Numbered from the stretch's first letter, positions 1 to 9,094 are shown. The stretch: DNA of 33,766 nt from Ferroacidibacillus organovorans (GCF_001642725.1 NZ_LSUQ01000030.1:1-33766), one strand, 5' to 3'. The notes: a model not told the origin generated them from the sequence alone. Numbers and translations are program-made.

Positions 1-44
1 CCTAACACCTTCGACGCTTCGCCTATCGTCACTAATCTATCCAT
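1..44 (-). mobile_element. 5' fragment (truncated by window edge) of a MerR-type HTH protein, probably an IS607-family serine transposase TnpA
   Basis: Hand translation from ATG at 44 gives MDRLVTIGEASKVLG, matching the 'IGEAAxxLG' MerR-like HTH start typical of IS607 TnpA. It is not in the ORF track and only 15 codons are visible. Confidence 0.6.
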
Positions 45-50
45 ATTGAT

Positions 51-79
51 AGTATACAGATAGTTTTAATGAGATTCAA
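51..79 (-). promoter_or_regulatory. sigmaA-type promoter for the edge gene (probably leaderless)
   Basis: Minus strand TTGAAT (79-74)-17 bp-TATACT (56-51). The ATG A at 44 is the 7th base after the -10 box and no SD sequence is present. Confidence 0.6.
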
Positions 80-89
80 CGATTACTGT

Positions 90-644
90 TCAACCCCCCT
101 GAAAAACCCATAGGATTTCATTCGGGTTCTTAATAATCTCCACATACATTCCCAGCTGCTGTTCTAGATTGGCAATCGAATTTCCACCAGACTCATTCAA
201 ATACGTAGAGAGTGAAAAATAAGGTGGTCCAAACCACCACGACTTCAGGACGATATAAGCACGCGCGTGTAAAAGAACGCCTTGCCTGAGCACATCAGGA
301 ATTTGTGTAACCACAGCGAATTTCGCCCAAAATGAAACAATTGCGATGATGAGAATTAAGGTGACCGTCGCAGAAGTCCGGACAGCGTACTTTTTAAAGC
401 GCAACGCCCGCCGAATTCGCAACCGCCGCTTGCGGCGCCGCGCGCCAGAGCGACTCGATTTCTTTTTTTGACGCGGTGTTGCGAAGGTTTTGCGGGTATT
501 CTTCTGCGTTTTATTCCGTGGTGCAGGCTGCAGTGGGCTGACCAGCCATTTCAGGATGAATAGTGGCGTAATGCGCTCTTTAGGATGTGCTTCCTTGCGT
601 GAAAGGAGTGGATGTGAATCAGGATCATCATTCGTTGGATTCAT
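90..644 (-). CDS. hypothetical membrane protein, Arg/Lys-rich segment followed by one TM helix
   Basis: 184-aa ORF with an ATGA overlap with the dnaB stop (641-644). The basic tract RQKKKSSRSGARRRKRRLRIRR precedes hydrophobic ATVTLILIIAIVSFWAKFAVV. Confidence 0.7.
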   Translation of the reverse strand: MNPTNDDPDSHPLLSRKEAHPKERITPLFILKWLVSPLQPAPRNKTQKNTRKTFATPRQKKKSSRSGARRRKRRLRIRRALRFKKYAVRTSATVTLILIIAIVSFWAKFAVVTQIPDVLRQGVLLHARAYIVLKSWWFGPPYFSLSTYLNESGGNSIANLEQQLGMYVEIIKNPNEILWVFQGG

Positions 645-1981
645 CGAACGTCACGCTCCAACGAGACAAATTTGTTATAGTTTTTCAGGAAAACAAGATC
701 CACTTTCCCCGTCGGTCCGTTACGCTGTTTCCCGATAATGACTTCGACAATATTCTTCTTCTCAGATTCTGGATCATAATAGTCATCACGGTATAAAAAT
801 GCAACAACGTCCGCATCCTGCTCGATGCTCCCTGATTCCCTTATATCCGATAACATGGGACGCTTGTCCTGACGCTGTTCAACCGAACGACTCAATTGAG
901 AAAGCGCGATCATTGGCACGGAGAGTTCGCGCGCCAGTTGTTTGAGACTCCTTGATATCTCGGAGATCTCTTGCTGACGATTGTCCGATCTGCCCTTCCC
1001 CGAAATGAGTTGAAGATAATCAATCACGACAAGCCCCAACCCCGACTCCGCTTTTAATCTACGCAGACGCGATCTCATCTCGGCGAGAGTAACCCCCGCG
1101 CTGTCGTCGATGAAAATGGGAGACTCCGAGAGTGAACTCATTCCGAGCGACAGCTTTGCCCAGTCATCATCTGCGAGTTGCCCTGTACGCAATACATTAG
1201 CGTCGATGTTCGACTCTGCGCAGATCATCCTTTGAACCAATTGCTCTTTAGACATTTCTAAACTGAAGATGGCCACAGGAAGTTTTGCGCGTACTGCTAC
1301 ATTCTGCGCAATATTGAGTGCAAAAGCCGTTTTCCCTACGGAGGGGCGCGCTGCGATAATAATGAGATCAGAAGGCTGAAATCCAGACGTCATCCGATCC
1401 AGGTCACCGTACCCAGAGGGTACGCCTGTCATTCCACCACGATTGTTGTAAAGAAACTCTATTCGCTCATACGCGTTCTCAAGAACTTCGCGAATCGCTG
1501 TGAATCCGCGGTCTGTGCGTTCTGATGCGAGCGCGAGAATTCGGCGCTCTGCAGTGTCAAGCAAAGCGCCCACATCTTCACCACCAGCATACCCAGAAGC
1601 CGCAATCTGTGTCGACACTTGAATCAATCGTCGCAAAAGAGCGCGATCCGCTACAATTTGTGCATGAAATTCTGCATTCGCCGCCGTGGGAACAGATCGG
1701 GAGAGGGCAAGCAAGTATTCGAGTCCCCCGGACTCTTCGAGCTTACCAACCTCCTGCAAACGTGACGTCAGCGTAACAAGGTCAACGGGGTCACCCTTTT
1801 CGGCTATCGCAAGTGCGATGTCAAAAAGAATCTGATGCGAGCCGCGATAAAAATCCTCTGCGCGCAGTTTCTCTGCTAGTGAAGGGAGAATATCAGGAGC
1901 AATAAGGAGCGCCCCGAGGACAGCCTGCTCAGCCTCCACACTCTGCGGAGGAATGCGCTCTGCAATCGCTTCAAGTTCCAT
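641..1981 (-). CDS. dnaB: replicative DNA helicase (DnaB family; DnaC in Bacillus nomenclature)
   Basis: PPQSVEAEQAVLG N-terminus, Walker A AARPSVGKT, VVIDYLQL, SDIRESGSIEQDAD, KQRNGPTG. Confidence 0.98.
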   Translation of the reverse strand: MELEAIAERIPPQSVEAEQAVLGALLIAPDILPSLAEKLRAEDFYRGSHQILFDIALAIAEKGDPVDLVTLTSRLQEVGKLEESGGLEYLLALSRSVPTAANAEFHAQIVADRALLRRLIQVSTQIAASGYAGGEDVGALLDTAERRILALASERTDRGFTAIREVLENAYERIEFLYNNRGGMTGVPSGYGDLDRMTSGFQPSDLIIIAARPSVGKTAFALNIAQNVAVRAKLPVAIFSLEMSKEQLVQRMICAESNIDANVLRTGQLADDDWAKLSLGMSSLSESPIFIDDSAGVTLAEMRSRLRRLKAESGLGLVVIDYLQLISGKGRSDNRQQEISEISRSLKQLARELSVPMIALSQLSRSVEQRQDKRPMLSDIRESGSIEQDADVVAFLYRDDYYDPESEKKNIVEVIIGKQRNGPTGKVDLVFLKNYNKFVSLERDVR

Positions 1982-2017
1982 GAATTCACCGACCTTTTCA
2001 ACCTTACGTGATAAGAA

Positions 2018-3940
2018 TTATCGCATGTATTCAGCGATTGTCGGGAAAAACTCCGTTAAAATATCTCGCACGTGACTCACAAACCGAACATTCTCAGACA
2101 GATCCTTTGCGATTTCCAAACGATTTTCCGAAGGAACATAGAGTACGCGCACGCCTGCGTGACGCGCTCCATTTAATTTTTCCGGAATTCCGCCCACCGC
2201 CTTGATGTCACCGCGGATAGAAAGCTCTCCTGTGAACGCAACATCTTGTGGAATAGGCGTATCTGTCAACACGCTCATCAGGACGACAAAAAAAGCAAGA
2301 CCAGCCGATGGACCGTCAACAACGCCCCCACCCACAACATTAACGTGAAGATCGTAATGCGCCGTCTCTTCACCAAATACGCGGCGGACGTTCGTCAATG
2401 CATTTTGTAGCGCATCCTTTGTCATAAGACCTGCTCGATCATTGACGCGAGCCTCTCCGCGCCGCGATTCTCGGGCTGAAAAAACAGCCGCTTCAATCTC
2501 AATCAATCGACCTACATAGTGATGGACTCCTAACGCAAAAACGCGGCCAATTTCATTAGAAGACTGCAAAGTAACCTTACCCTCTGACGCCATACGGTTG
2601 ACACGTAGAACACTTTGCACATCTCCGACCGTAATTTCCGGACTCTCCATCTCTGAACGAAGGGTCGCAAGCGCATACGCATCGCCGAGTAATCCAACCG
2701 CCTTCCTGCCATTCGGGGCAGTTTGACTTATTTTCTTCGCAGCGTCAGGTTCAAGCGTTGTTCCTAATTGCTCTGCGCTCTGCTTTACAATGAGTGCGAG
2801 ATCTTCGGTAGTTAATGCGTCAAAAAAGATCTCCGCACAACGCGAGCGAAGCGCGGGATTGATTTCTTCTGGTTGACGCGTTGTGGCACCAATCAAAATA
2901 AAATCTGCCGGCGCACCTTCTTCAAACAACCTTTTTATATAAAGTGGCACCGCCAAATCTGCTGCATCATAGTACGCGGATTGAAAAGATACCTTTTTAT
3001 CTTCCAACACTTTTAAGAGTTTCAGCTGGGCGTGCGGATCCATTTCACCAATCTCATCAATAAATAATACACCGCCGTGTGCCTCACTAACTACGCCAAG
3101 CTTCGGCTCCGGAACGCCACTACCCGCAAGATCTTGGCGCGTGCCCTGATAAATCGGATCTTGGACAAATCCCAAAAGTGGATCTGTCGCCTCTCTCTGG
3201 TTACCGCGCAATGACGTGGCATCAATCTCAACAAAGGGGCTATCTTCGTGAAATCGGCTGCGTCGATATTTTGTAGCTTCTCGCAAGACAAGCCGCGCCA
3301 CGGTCGTTTTTCCGACTCCAGGAGGACCGTACAGCAGGATATGTTGCGGCCACGGTGAACACATTTTCGCAAGCAAGGAGTGAACCGCATCGTGCTGACC
3401 GACAATTTGTTCCAGACGACTCGGTCGCATCGCACTAAAAAGTGAACGGCCAATCGACTGCTGCGCCATCTTCTCAAGGCGTCCATACATACGCAAACTG
3501 TGTGGACTTTCCGCACTCTTATTTTTCAGGACGATTTCCTTGCGAATCTGTTCAAGATACTCGAGATGCCTTCTCTCAAGTTCGCTGGCAACCTTCTCAT
3601 CCAACTGTTCATCCAATTTCTTTCTCGCAGCTTGTTCCACCAGTTTTTCCTCAATCGCCGTCAGCATCGCGTATAAAGCGGCAGGATCGCGTTTGCTTCC
3701 TCGCAGAGAGGATTCCTCTTGAAAAAAGAGCTGGTGGAATGCAGTCACCTTTTGTTCAAGAAGCGTAGAACACATCTTTTCCTCAAGTTGATAGTGACGA
3801 ATTAATGCATCCCACGCTTCTTTGCCATAAAGACGTTCAGCGTAACCCAACAATGAATTCAAACGATCAAGCATAGCCATCGATTCATGCACTGTTTGTT
3901 CAACCATAACGGAGTCTTTGTGAGATCGTTTTTGTTGCAT
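2018..3940 (-). CDS. lonC: Lon-family ATP-dependent protease, LonC type
   Basis: Walker A GPPGVGKT, Walker B LFIDEIGE, ALRSRC, and Lon Ser-Lys dyad motifs DGPSAG and VGGIPEK. Start moved to ATG 3940 (after GAGGCTGG) so it does not overlap rplI. Confidence 0.88.
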   Translation of the reverse strand: MQQKRSHKDSVMVEQTVHESMAMLDRLNSLLGYAERLYGKEAWDALIRHYQLEEKMCSTLLEQKVTAFHQLFFQEESSLRGSKRDPAALYAMLTAIEEKLVEQAARKKLDEQLDEKVASELERRHLEYLEQIRKEIVLKNKSAESPHSLRMYGRLEKMAQQSIGRSLFSAMRPSRLEQIVGQHDAVHSLLAKMCSPWPQHILLYGPPGVGKTTVARLVLREATKYRRSRFHEDSPFVEIDATSLRGNQREATDPLLGFVQDPIYQGTRQDLAGSGVPEPKLGVVSEAHGGVLFIDEIGEMDPHAQLKLLKVLEDKKVSFQSAYYDAADLAVPLYIKRLFEEGAPADFILIGATTRQPEEINPALRSRCAEIFFDALTTEDLALIVKQSAEQLGTTLEPDAAKKISQTAPNGRKAVGLLGDAYALATLRSEMESPEITVGDVQSVLRVNRMASEGKVTLQSSNEIGRVFALGVHHYVGRLIEIEAAVFSARESRRGEARVNDRAGLMTKDALQNALTNVRRVFGEETAHYDLHVNVVGGGVVDGPSAGLAFFVVLMSVLTDTPIPQDVAFTGELSIRGDIKAVGGIPEKLNGARHAGVRVLYVPSENRLEIAKDLSENVRFVSHVRDILTEFFPTIAEYMR

Positions 3941-3953
3941 ACGACGACCAGCC

Positions 3954-4400
3954 TCACTTTGTAGGATGGACAACCACTTTTACCTTTGCTGTCACATCGT
4001 GATGAAGACGCACAGGCACTTCTGATTCACCAACGTGTCGTATAGCATCATGCAACACAATTTTTTTCTTGTCGATGTCAAATCCTGCTTCATGAAGCGC
4101 ATCCGCGATCTGTTTGGAAGTGATTGCCCCGAAGGTTTTCCCTCCCTCTCCTGTTTTCACATGAAGCGTGACCGTGTGACTCGCTATTTTTTTTGCGAGT
4201 TCACGGGCAGAAGCAACCGCTTGCTCCTCTCTTCTTTGATCCGCCATCCGCTGTTGTTCAAGCTCCTTTAATACCTCGGGAGTTACAACCTTTGCCAAGT
4301 TTCTCGGGAATAAAAAGTTCCTTGCAAATCCTTCTGAAACATTTTTCACTTCACCCTTTAATCCCTGCTTCGGAACATCTTGTAAAAAAACAACTTTCAT
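3954..4400 (-). CDS. rplI: 50S ribosomal protein L9
   Basis: MKVVFLQDV...[30 protein letters not shown]. Confidence 0.98.
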   Translation of the reverse strand: MKVVFLQDVPKQGLKGEVKNVSEGFARNFLFPRNLAKVVTPEVLKELEQQRMADQRREEQAVASARELAKKIASHTVTLHVKTGEGGKTFGAITSKQIADALHEAGFDIDKKKIVLHDAIRHVGESEVPVRLHHDVTAKVKVVVHPTK

Positions 4401-4421
4401 GGTTTATCCCCTTTTCATCAA

Positions 4422-5360
4422 TCAAGATTTTGTGAAACGCTGAATCCATTTGCGAACAGAAACAACTTGATCCACGGCACCTAGAAGAATAACAAGATCC
4501 AGCACCACAGGAACCATGAGAAGGATAAGTAGAAAAAATATCACAAAGAGCCCAATCCTGCGCCTCGAAAGAATCCACCACACTAACGATATCGCTTGAA
4601 TCACGAGAAGAAACGCGGTAATCAACCAAACGTTATTAACCAGTTGCCAATAGACGGTTTGCTTTGCGCCAATTCCTAGCGCGACAAGGAGAAACGAGAT
4701 GACAAAAATCGGGAGAATCGATCTCGGGAATCGAATCAAGCGAAAAAAAGGTTGCACGGTCCTTCCCTCACGGCGATGGACTGCGCGAACGATGATTAGG
4801 CTTACGATCGGAATGCTCACAGCAAACACAACCATAAGGCTCGGTAGCAGCAATTGAACTTCAGCCATCAGTTGAATAAGTAGACCACTCGCCGAAAGAT
4901 TGGTAACTTGCGTCAACTGTGGATTAGTGTGAATTGAAGCTTGCAGTTGTTGTTTTAGTGCGCTTAAAAATGAGTTTCCGGATAATGTTGCCAAAACAAA
5001 GCCACATAAAAAGAACGCAATCATGAGCAATGAGGATTGAATGATGGCCAACGCGATCGTCTGTTTTCGCAATCCTTGTGTCAGGAGATACGCCAAGATC
5101 CCTACTGAAACACAGAGCAGCATCATGCTCAACCATCCCGCAGTCAAAAAGGAAAAAAGGAACGCAATCGCGAGACTACCTACGGCCCTCCTTGTATAGC
5201 CGGCTTCCATGAGATAAACGATTGGCGCAGGAACCACAAGCAGAGCCAAACTTGAAAGCCCTGTAAAAACTGCAACACCCAGAAGGAGAAAAAATAAGGT
5301 GCTCGCTACTGCTGCACGCCGATTGGCATCATTCAGATACATCACCACAGATCTTTTCAA
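4422..5360 (-). CDS. yybS: YybS/DUF2232 family membrane protein
   Basis: About 310-aa polytopic hydrophobic protein in the conserved position upstream of rplI. Start codon is uncertain (5360 TTG or 5342 ATG). Confidence 0.7.
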   Translation of the reverse strand: MKRSVVMYLNDANRRAAVASTLFFLLLGVAVFTGLSSLALLVVPAPIVYLMEAGYTRRAVGSLAIAFLFSFLTAGWLSMMLLCVSVGILAYLLTQGLRKQTIALAIIQSSLLMIAFFLCGFVLATLSGNSFLSALKQQLQASIHTNPQLTQVTNLSASGLLIQLMAEVQLLLPSLMVVFAVSIPIVSLIIVRAVHRREGRTVQPFFRLIRFPRSILPIFVISFLLVALGIGAKQTVYWQLVNNVWLITAFLLVIQAISLVWWILSRRRIGLFVIFFLLILLMVPVVLDLVILLGAVDQVVSVRKWIQRFTKS

Positions 5361-5503
5361 TTTGGTTATTCATCTATTTTACATGGTGTTCTTCGTTTCC
5401 TCCACCTTGTATCATAAAATCGCGCAAGCGAAAGAATCTTCGAATTGTAATTCTTACTTTCTACGATTAAACTTGTATAAAATAGTTAAGGGTGTTGCAT
5501 TGC

Positions 5504-6733
5504 ATGCGTCCCAATCGCTTTTCACGACGCGCGTCCGCTTTATCAATCCTTCTGATCCTTGGCGCAATCCTAGAAGTTCCGAGCGGATCACATCAGTTCG
5601 TCATTGCAATTCTCCTCTTTGCGAGCATACTCGAAGGGTTCTCCTTATGGCACACGGGCCGGCGTCAGACTGTTGCTCATTCAGAAGAATTGCAGCTGAT
5701 CCAAGACGCGCCTTACGGAATGCTTTTTGTCGACAAAGAAAATATCATTCGATTATGCAATGATTCATCCACATGGATCCTCGGATTAGAAAAAAGTCAG
5801 ATCCTTGGCAGCACTGTTCACGATCTGTATCGCATCCTGAAAATTGCGTTGGACGAGTTTGGAGAACCTGTTAAGAATTCTATCTGGGATCATGTAATCC
5901 GAAACATGGAAATTGAATTTATCAATCCAAAAAGCCAAGATTCACAGACCTTACTGCTTCATCTCACACGTGTCTTCGATCACGAGATGCATCAGCATCT
6001 CGGCTACAATGTCTATTTTGAGGACGCAACAGCGCGCACATTATGGGAACGTAAAACCTTGCAAAGCGAGAAGCTGCTGCATGTTGCAGAATTGGCTGCT
6101 ACGACTGCGCATGAAGTGCGCAATCCACTAACTACCGTGCGTGGTTTTCTCCAGTTACAACAGAAGCGACACCCCGCCGCGGACGGCGAGCGCGACCTTT
6201 ATAAGATCATGATCGATGAATTGGATCGTGTCAATCTCCTTGTCACCGAGTACATGTCATTTGCGCAGTCACCCGAACACAGCAACTTTGCCGCAGTTGA
6301 TATGCACGATCTCATTTTAGACGCGATCATTCCAGTTCGTGCAAAATCATCCAATTTAGAGATTGATCTAGTATGCAATAGACTGGAATCTTCCTATGTG
6401 CTAGGCAACGCAGAAGAATTAAAGCAGGTGATACTCCACCTTCTTAAAAATGCCATTGAAGCGAGCCACGCGGGACAAACCATTGAGATCCATGGAGTGC
6501 AGTGCGAGAATCTTTACCGTGTTGAAGTGATCGACCAAGGTGAAGGAATCTCCGATCTTGCATTTCCCCATATGTTTGATACGTTTTTCACCACAAAGCC
6601 AACAGGATCCGGCCTCGGGCTCTCCCTCTCTAAAAAAATCATCGACCTTCACGCCGGTTCACTATATGCATTTTGTGATGAAAAGGGTACCCACTTCATT
6701 ATGGAACTGCCTCACAACCCGCACGAAAATTAA
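5504..6733 (+). CDS. orphan sensor histidine kinase (2 TM-PAS-HisKA-HATPase), sporulation Kin-like
   Basis: Two N-terminal hydrophobic helices, a PAS-like segment (IQDAPYGMLFVDKENIIRLCN), H-box AHEVRNPLTTVRGFLQL, N-box LLKNAIEA, G1 DQGEGI, F-box FDTFFTTK, G2 GSGLGL. ATG 5504 follows AAGGGTG. Confidence 0.92.
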   Translation: MRPNRFSRRASALSILLILGAILEVPSGSHQFVIAILLFASILEGFSLWHTGRRQTVAHSEELQLIQDAPYGMLFVDKENIIRLCNDSSTWILGLEKSQILGSTVHDLYRILKIALDEFGEPVKNSIWDHVIRNMEIEFINPKSQDSQTLLLHLTRVFDHEMHQHLGYNVYFEDATARTLWERKTLQSEKLLHVAELAATTAHEVRNPLTTVRGFLQLQQKRHPAADGERDLYKIMIDELDRVNLLVTEYMSFAQSPEHSNFAAVDMHDLILDAIIPVRAKSSNLEIDLVCNRLESSYVLGNAEELKQVILHLLKNAIEASHAGQTIEIHGVQCENLYRVEVIDQGEGISDLAFPHMFDTFFTTKPTGSGLGLSLSKKIIDLHAGSLYAFCDEKGTHFIMELPHNPHEN

Positions 6734-6790
6734 AAATAAACAAACAGGGTGAGAGACGTTTTAAAACGCTTCTCACCCTTGCCTGTTTAT
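6730..6790. terminator. probable bidirectional intrinsic terminator between the convergent kinase gene and rpsR
   Basis: Inverted repeat AGGGTGAGA-GACGTTTTAAAACGCT-TCTCACCCT (6746-6779), with a U-rich tail on the minus strand (GTTTGTTTATTTTT). Confidence 0.75.
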
Positions 6791-6804
6791 CCCAAGCACT
6801 CATC

Positions 6805-7035
6805 TTATTCGGTTGTATAAGGCAACAGCGCGATTTGACGAGCTTGCTTAATCGCAACCGTAACTTGACGCTGGTGTCCAGCGCAGTTTCCTGAGATGCG
6901 GCGCGGAAGAATTTTTCCCCGCTCTGTGAGATACTTCGCGAGTCTTGGAGACTCCTTATAATCCACGACGGCAATCTTATCGACGCAAAATTGGCAAACG
7001 CGTTTACGCTTTCCGCCACGACCTTTACGTGCCAT
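6805..7035 (-). CDS. rpsR: 30S ribosomal protein S18
   Basis: KRVCQFC...DYK...[20 protein letters not shown]...[12 protein letters not shown] 7035 follows RBS GGAGGTGA. Confidence 0.98.
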   Translation of the reverse strand: MARKGRGGKRKRVCQFCVDKIAVVDYKESPRLAKYLTERGKILPRRISGNCAGHQRQVTVAIKQARQIALLPYTTE

Positions 7036-7082
7036 GCTGCTCACCTCCATCCTCAAAAGTACACTTGGGCACTACACGCGAT

Positions 7083-7541
7083 CTAAAACGGTAGATCATC
7101 ATCCACGATATCAATCGAGTGTCCATCATCCGCAAACGGATCATCCTGATAGCGCGACTCACTCATCGGACGTGATCCTTCACTCCGTGTTTGAGTTCCA
7201 GTTGCAGACGTAGGCACTGCATCGCCTCGATCTAAGAATCGGACGTTATCAGCGATCACTTCAGCCACGCGCACTTTCTGTCCCTCACGGTTTTCATATT
7301 GACGAATTTGAAGGCGTCCTTCAACCGCAGCCATTCGACCTTTGCGCAAATACTGCGCACAAAGTTCACCAAGCTTTTGCCAGACGACGATGTTGATAAA
7401 ATCTGCTTCACGTTCCCCAGCTTGGTTTGCTCGTTGGCGATCAACCGCAAGTGAGAAAGACGCGACGGCAGTTCCTGTCGCTGTATAACGAAGTTCCGGG
7501 TCTTGCGTGAGTCTGCCTATGAGAATAATCCGGTTGAGCAT
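7083..7541 (-). CDS. ssb: single-stranded DNA-binding protein
   Basis: MLNRIILIGRLTQDPELRYT and acidic tail DDDLPF, lying between rpsF and rpsR. Confidence 0.98.
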   Translation of the reverse strand: MLNRIILIGRLTQDPELRYTATGTAVASFSLAVDRQRANQAGEREADFINIVVWQKLGELCAQYLRKGRMAAVEGRLQIRQYENREGQKVRVAEVIADNVRFLDRGDAVPTSATGTQTRSEGSRPMSESRYQDDPFADDGHSIDIVDDDLPF

Positions 7542-7556
7542 CGTATGGCCTCCCAG

Positions 7557-7844
7557 TTACTCCTCGACACGCAACGTTAGATATCGCAATACGTCTTCGC
7601 TGATCCGCATGAGGCGTTCGAGTTCGGATGTAAAATCTGTGTCAGCATTGTACTGCATCAGGACGTAGTGTCCTTCGCGATGCTCCTCGATCTCGTAAGC
7701 CAAACGACGCTTTCCCCATTCGTTCACTTCAAGCGTTTCGCCACCATTCGTGGTAACGACACCTTTAAAGCGTTCAACGAGTTCTTGCGTCTTTTCTGGC
7801 TCGAGGTCTGGACGGAGCACGTACAAGGTTTCATACTTGCGCAT
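7557..7844 (-). CDS. rpsF: 30S ribosomal protein S6
   Basis: MRKYETLYVLRPD...WGKRRLAYEI...VLRYL; RBS AAGGAGGTG. Confidence 0.98.
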   Translation of the reverse strand: MRKYETLYVLRPDLEPEKTQELVERFKGVVTTNGGETLEVNEWGKRRLAYEIEEHREGHYVLMQYNADTDFTSELERLMRISEDVLRYLTLRVEE

Positions 7845-7851
7845 GCATGTT

Positions 7852-7890
7852 CACCTCCTTATGGACTGTGGCCCCCGAAGGAGCAAGGTC
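7852..7890 (-). ncRNA. S6:S18 ribosomal protein leader (autoregulatory RNA)
   Basis: Minus strand GACCTTGCTCCTTCGGGGGCCACAGTCCATAAGGAGGTG. The outer CCTT/AAGG pairing overlaps the SD, the inner hairpin is GCTCC-TTCG-GGGGC, and a CCR motif is present directly upstream of rpsF. Confidence 0.72.
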
Positions 7891-7996
7891 GGCAAGAATT
7901 TGCCTTCAGGTGCCTTTTAGGCACTCACATCATCTGATCATACAACATTCCAGGACAATGCGCCAGTCAATTCCGTTTCGTTTTTCAGCAATCTCC

Positions 7997-9094
7997 CTAG
8001 ACATTAAAGCGGAAATGCATCACATCTCCGTCACTCACCGTGTATTCCTTTCCTTCAAGGCGCAACTTTCCCTGTTCGCGTGCGCTCGCATACGAACCCG
8101 CATTGACAAGGTCTTGGCACGACACCACCTCGGCTCGAATGAACCCTTTTTCAAAATCTGTATGAATAACGCCTGCCGCCTGAGGAGCGCGCGTGCCCTT
8201 GCGGATCGTCCATGCGCGCACTTCCTGAACACCGGCTGTAAAATAGGTAATCAGTCCGAGAAGTTCGTAAGAGGATCGAATCAATCGATCAAGTCCAGAC
8301 TCCTTTAAACCGAGTTCTTCAAGAAATACATGTTGCTCCTCTGTATCCAACTCCGCGAGTTCCGACTCGATCTTTGCGCTAATCACAACGACTTGAGCCT
8401 GATCTTTTGCCGCCACATCCCTGACTCGCTCAACCTCTGGCAAGTTTTCCATTGCAACTTCGCCTTCAGCAACATTCGCTGCATAAATGACTGGTTTTTG
8501 CGAAAGCAGGTGTAGATCGCGCAGCCACAGCAACTGCTCGTCCGAAAACTCAATCCTGCGAAGAGGGAGACCTTCTTCGAGATGTGCGGCAACTGTCTCA
8601 AAGAATGCTACTTCTTCCTTCACTTTTGTATCTCCGCTCTTGCTCTGTTTCCTTAAACGATCCAACCGCCGAGCAACCGTATCCATATCTGCAAAGATCA
8701 ATTCAAGTTCAATGGTCTCGATATCTGCAGGCGGGTCAATTCGCCCAGAAACATGCGTAACTTGATCATCTACAAAGCAGCGAACCACGTGTACAATTGC
8801 ATCCACCTCACGAATATGTGCGAGAAATTTGTTTCCCAATCCCTCCCCTTTGCTTGCACCCGCGACCAGTCCCGCGATATCGACAAACTCAAACGTTGTC
8901 GGCACAATCTTTTCTGGATGTACGACATCTGCCAGGGACGCAAGACGTTCATCTGGCACTTCAACTACACCAACGTTGGGGTCGATTGTACAAAATGGGT
9001 AGTTTGCCGCCTCTGCGCCCGCTTTTGTAATCGCATTAAACAGCGTCGATTTTCCTACGTTTGGCAAGCCTACAATGCCCGCTTTTAGCGACAT
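7997..9094 (-). CDS. ychF: redox-regulated Obg-family ATPase YchF
   Basis: [30 protein letters not shown]-terminal TGS domain ending [11 protein letters not shown]. Confidence 0.98.
   Translation of the reverse strand: MSLKAGIVGLPNVGKSTLFNAITKAGAEAANYPFCTIDPNVGVVEVPDERLASLADVVHPEKIVPTTFEFVDIAGLVAGASKGEGLGNKFLAHIREVDAIVHVVRCFVDDQVTHVSGRIDPPADIETIELELIFADMDTVARRLDRLRKQSKSGDTKVKEEVAFFETVAAHLEEGLPLRRIEFSDEQLLWLRDLHLLSQKPVIYAANVAEGEVAMENLPEVERVRDVAAKDQAQVVVISAKIESELAELDTEEQHVFLEELGLKESGLDRLIRSSYELLGLITYFTAGVQEVRAWTIRKGTRAPQAAGVIHTDFEKGFIRAEVVSCQDLVNAGSYASAREQGKLRLEGKEYTVSDGDVMHFRFNV

Noticed and set aside
5299..5763. 154-aa plus-strand ORF spanning the yybS/kinase divergent region
   Set aside because: It overlaps both real genes and has no recognisable protein features.
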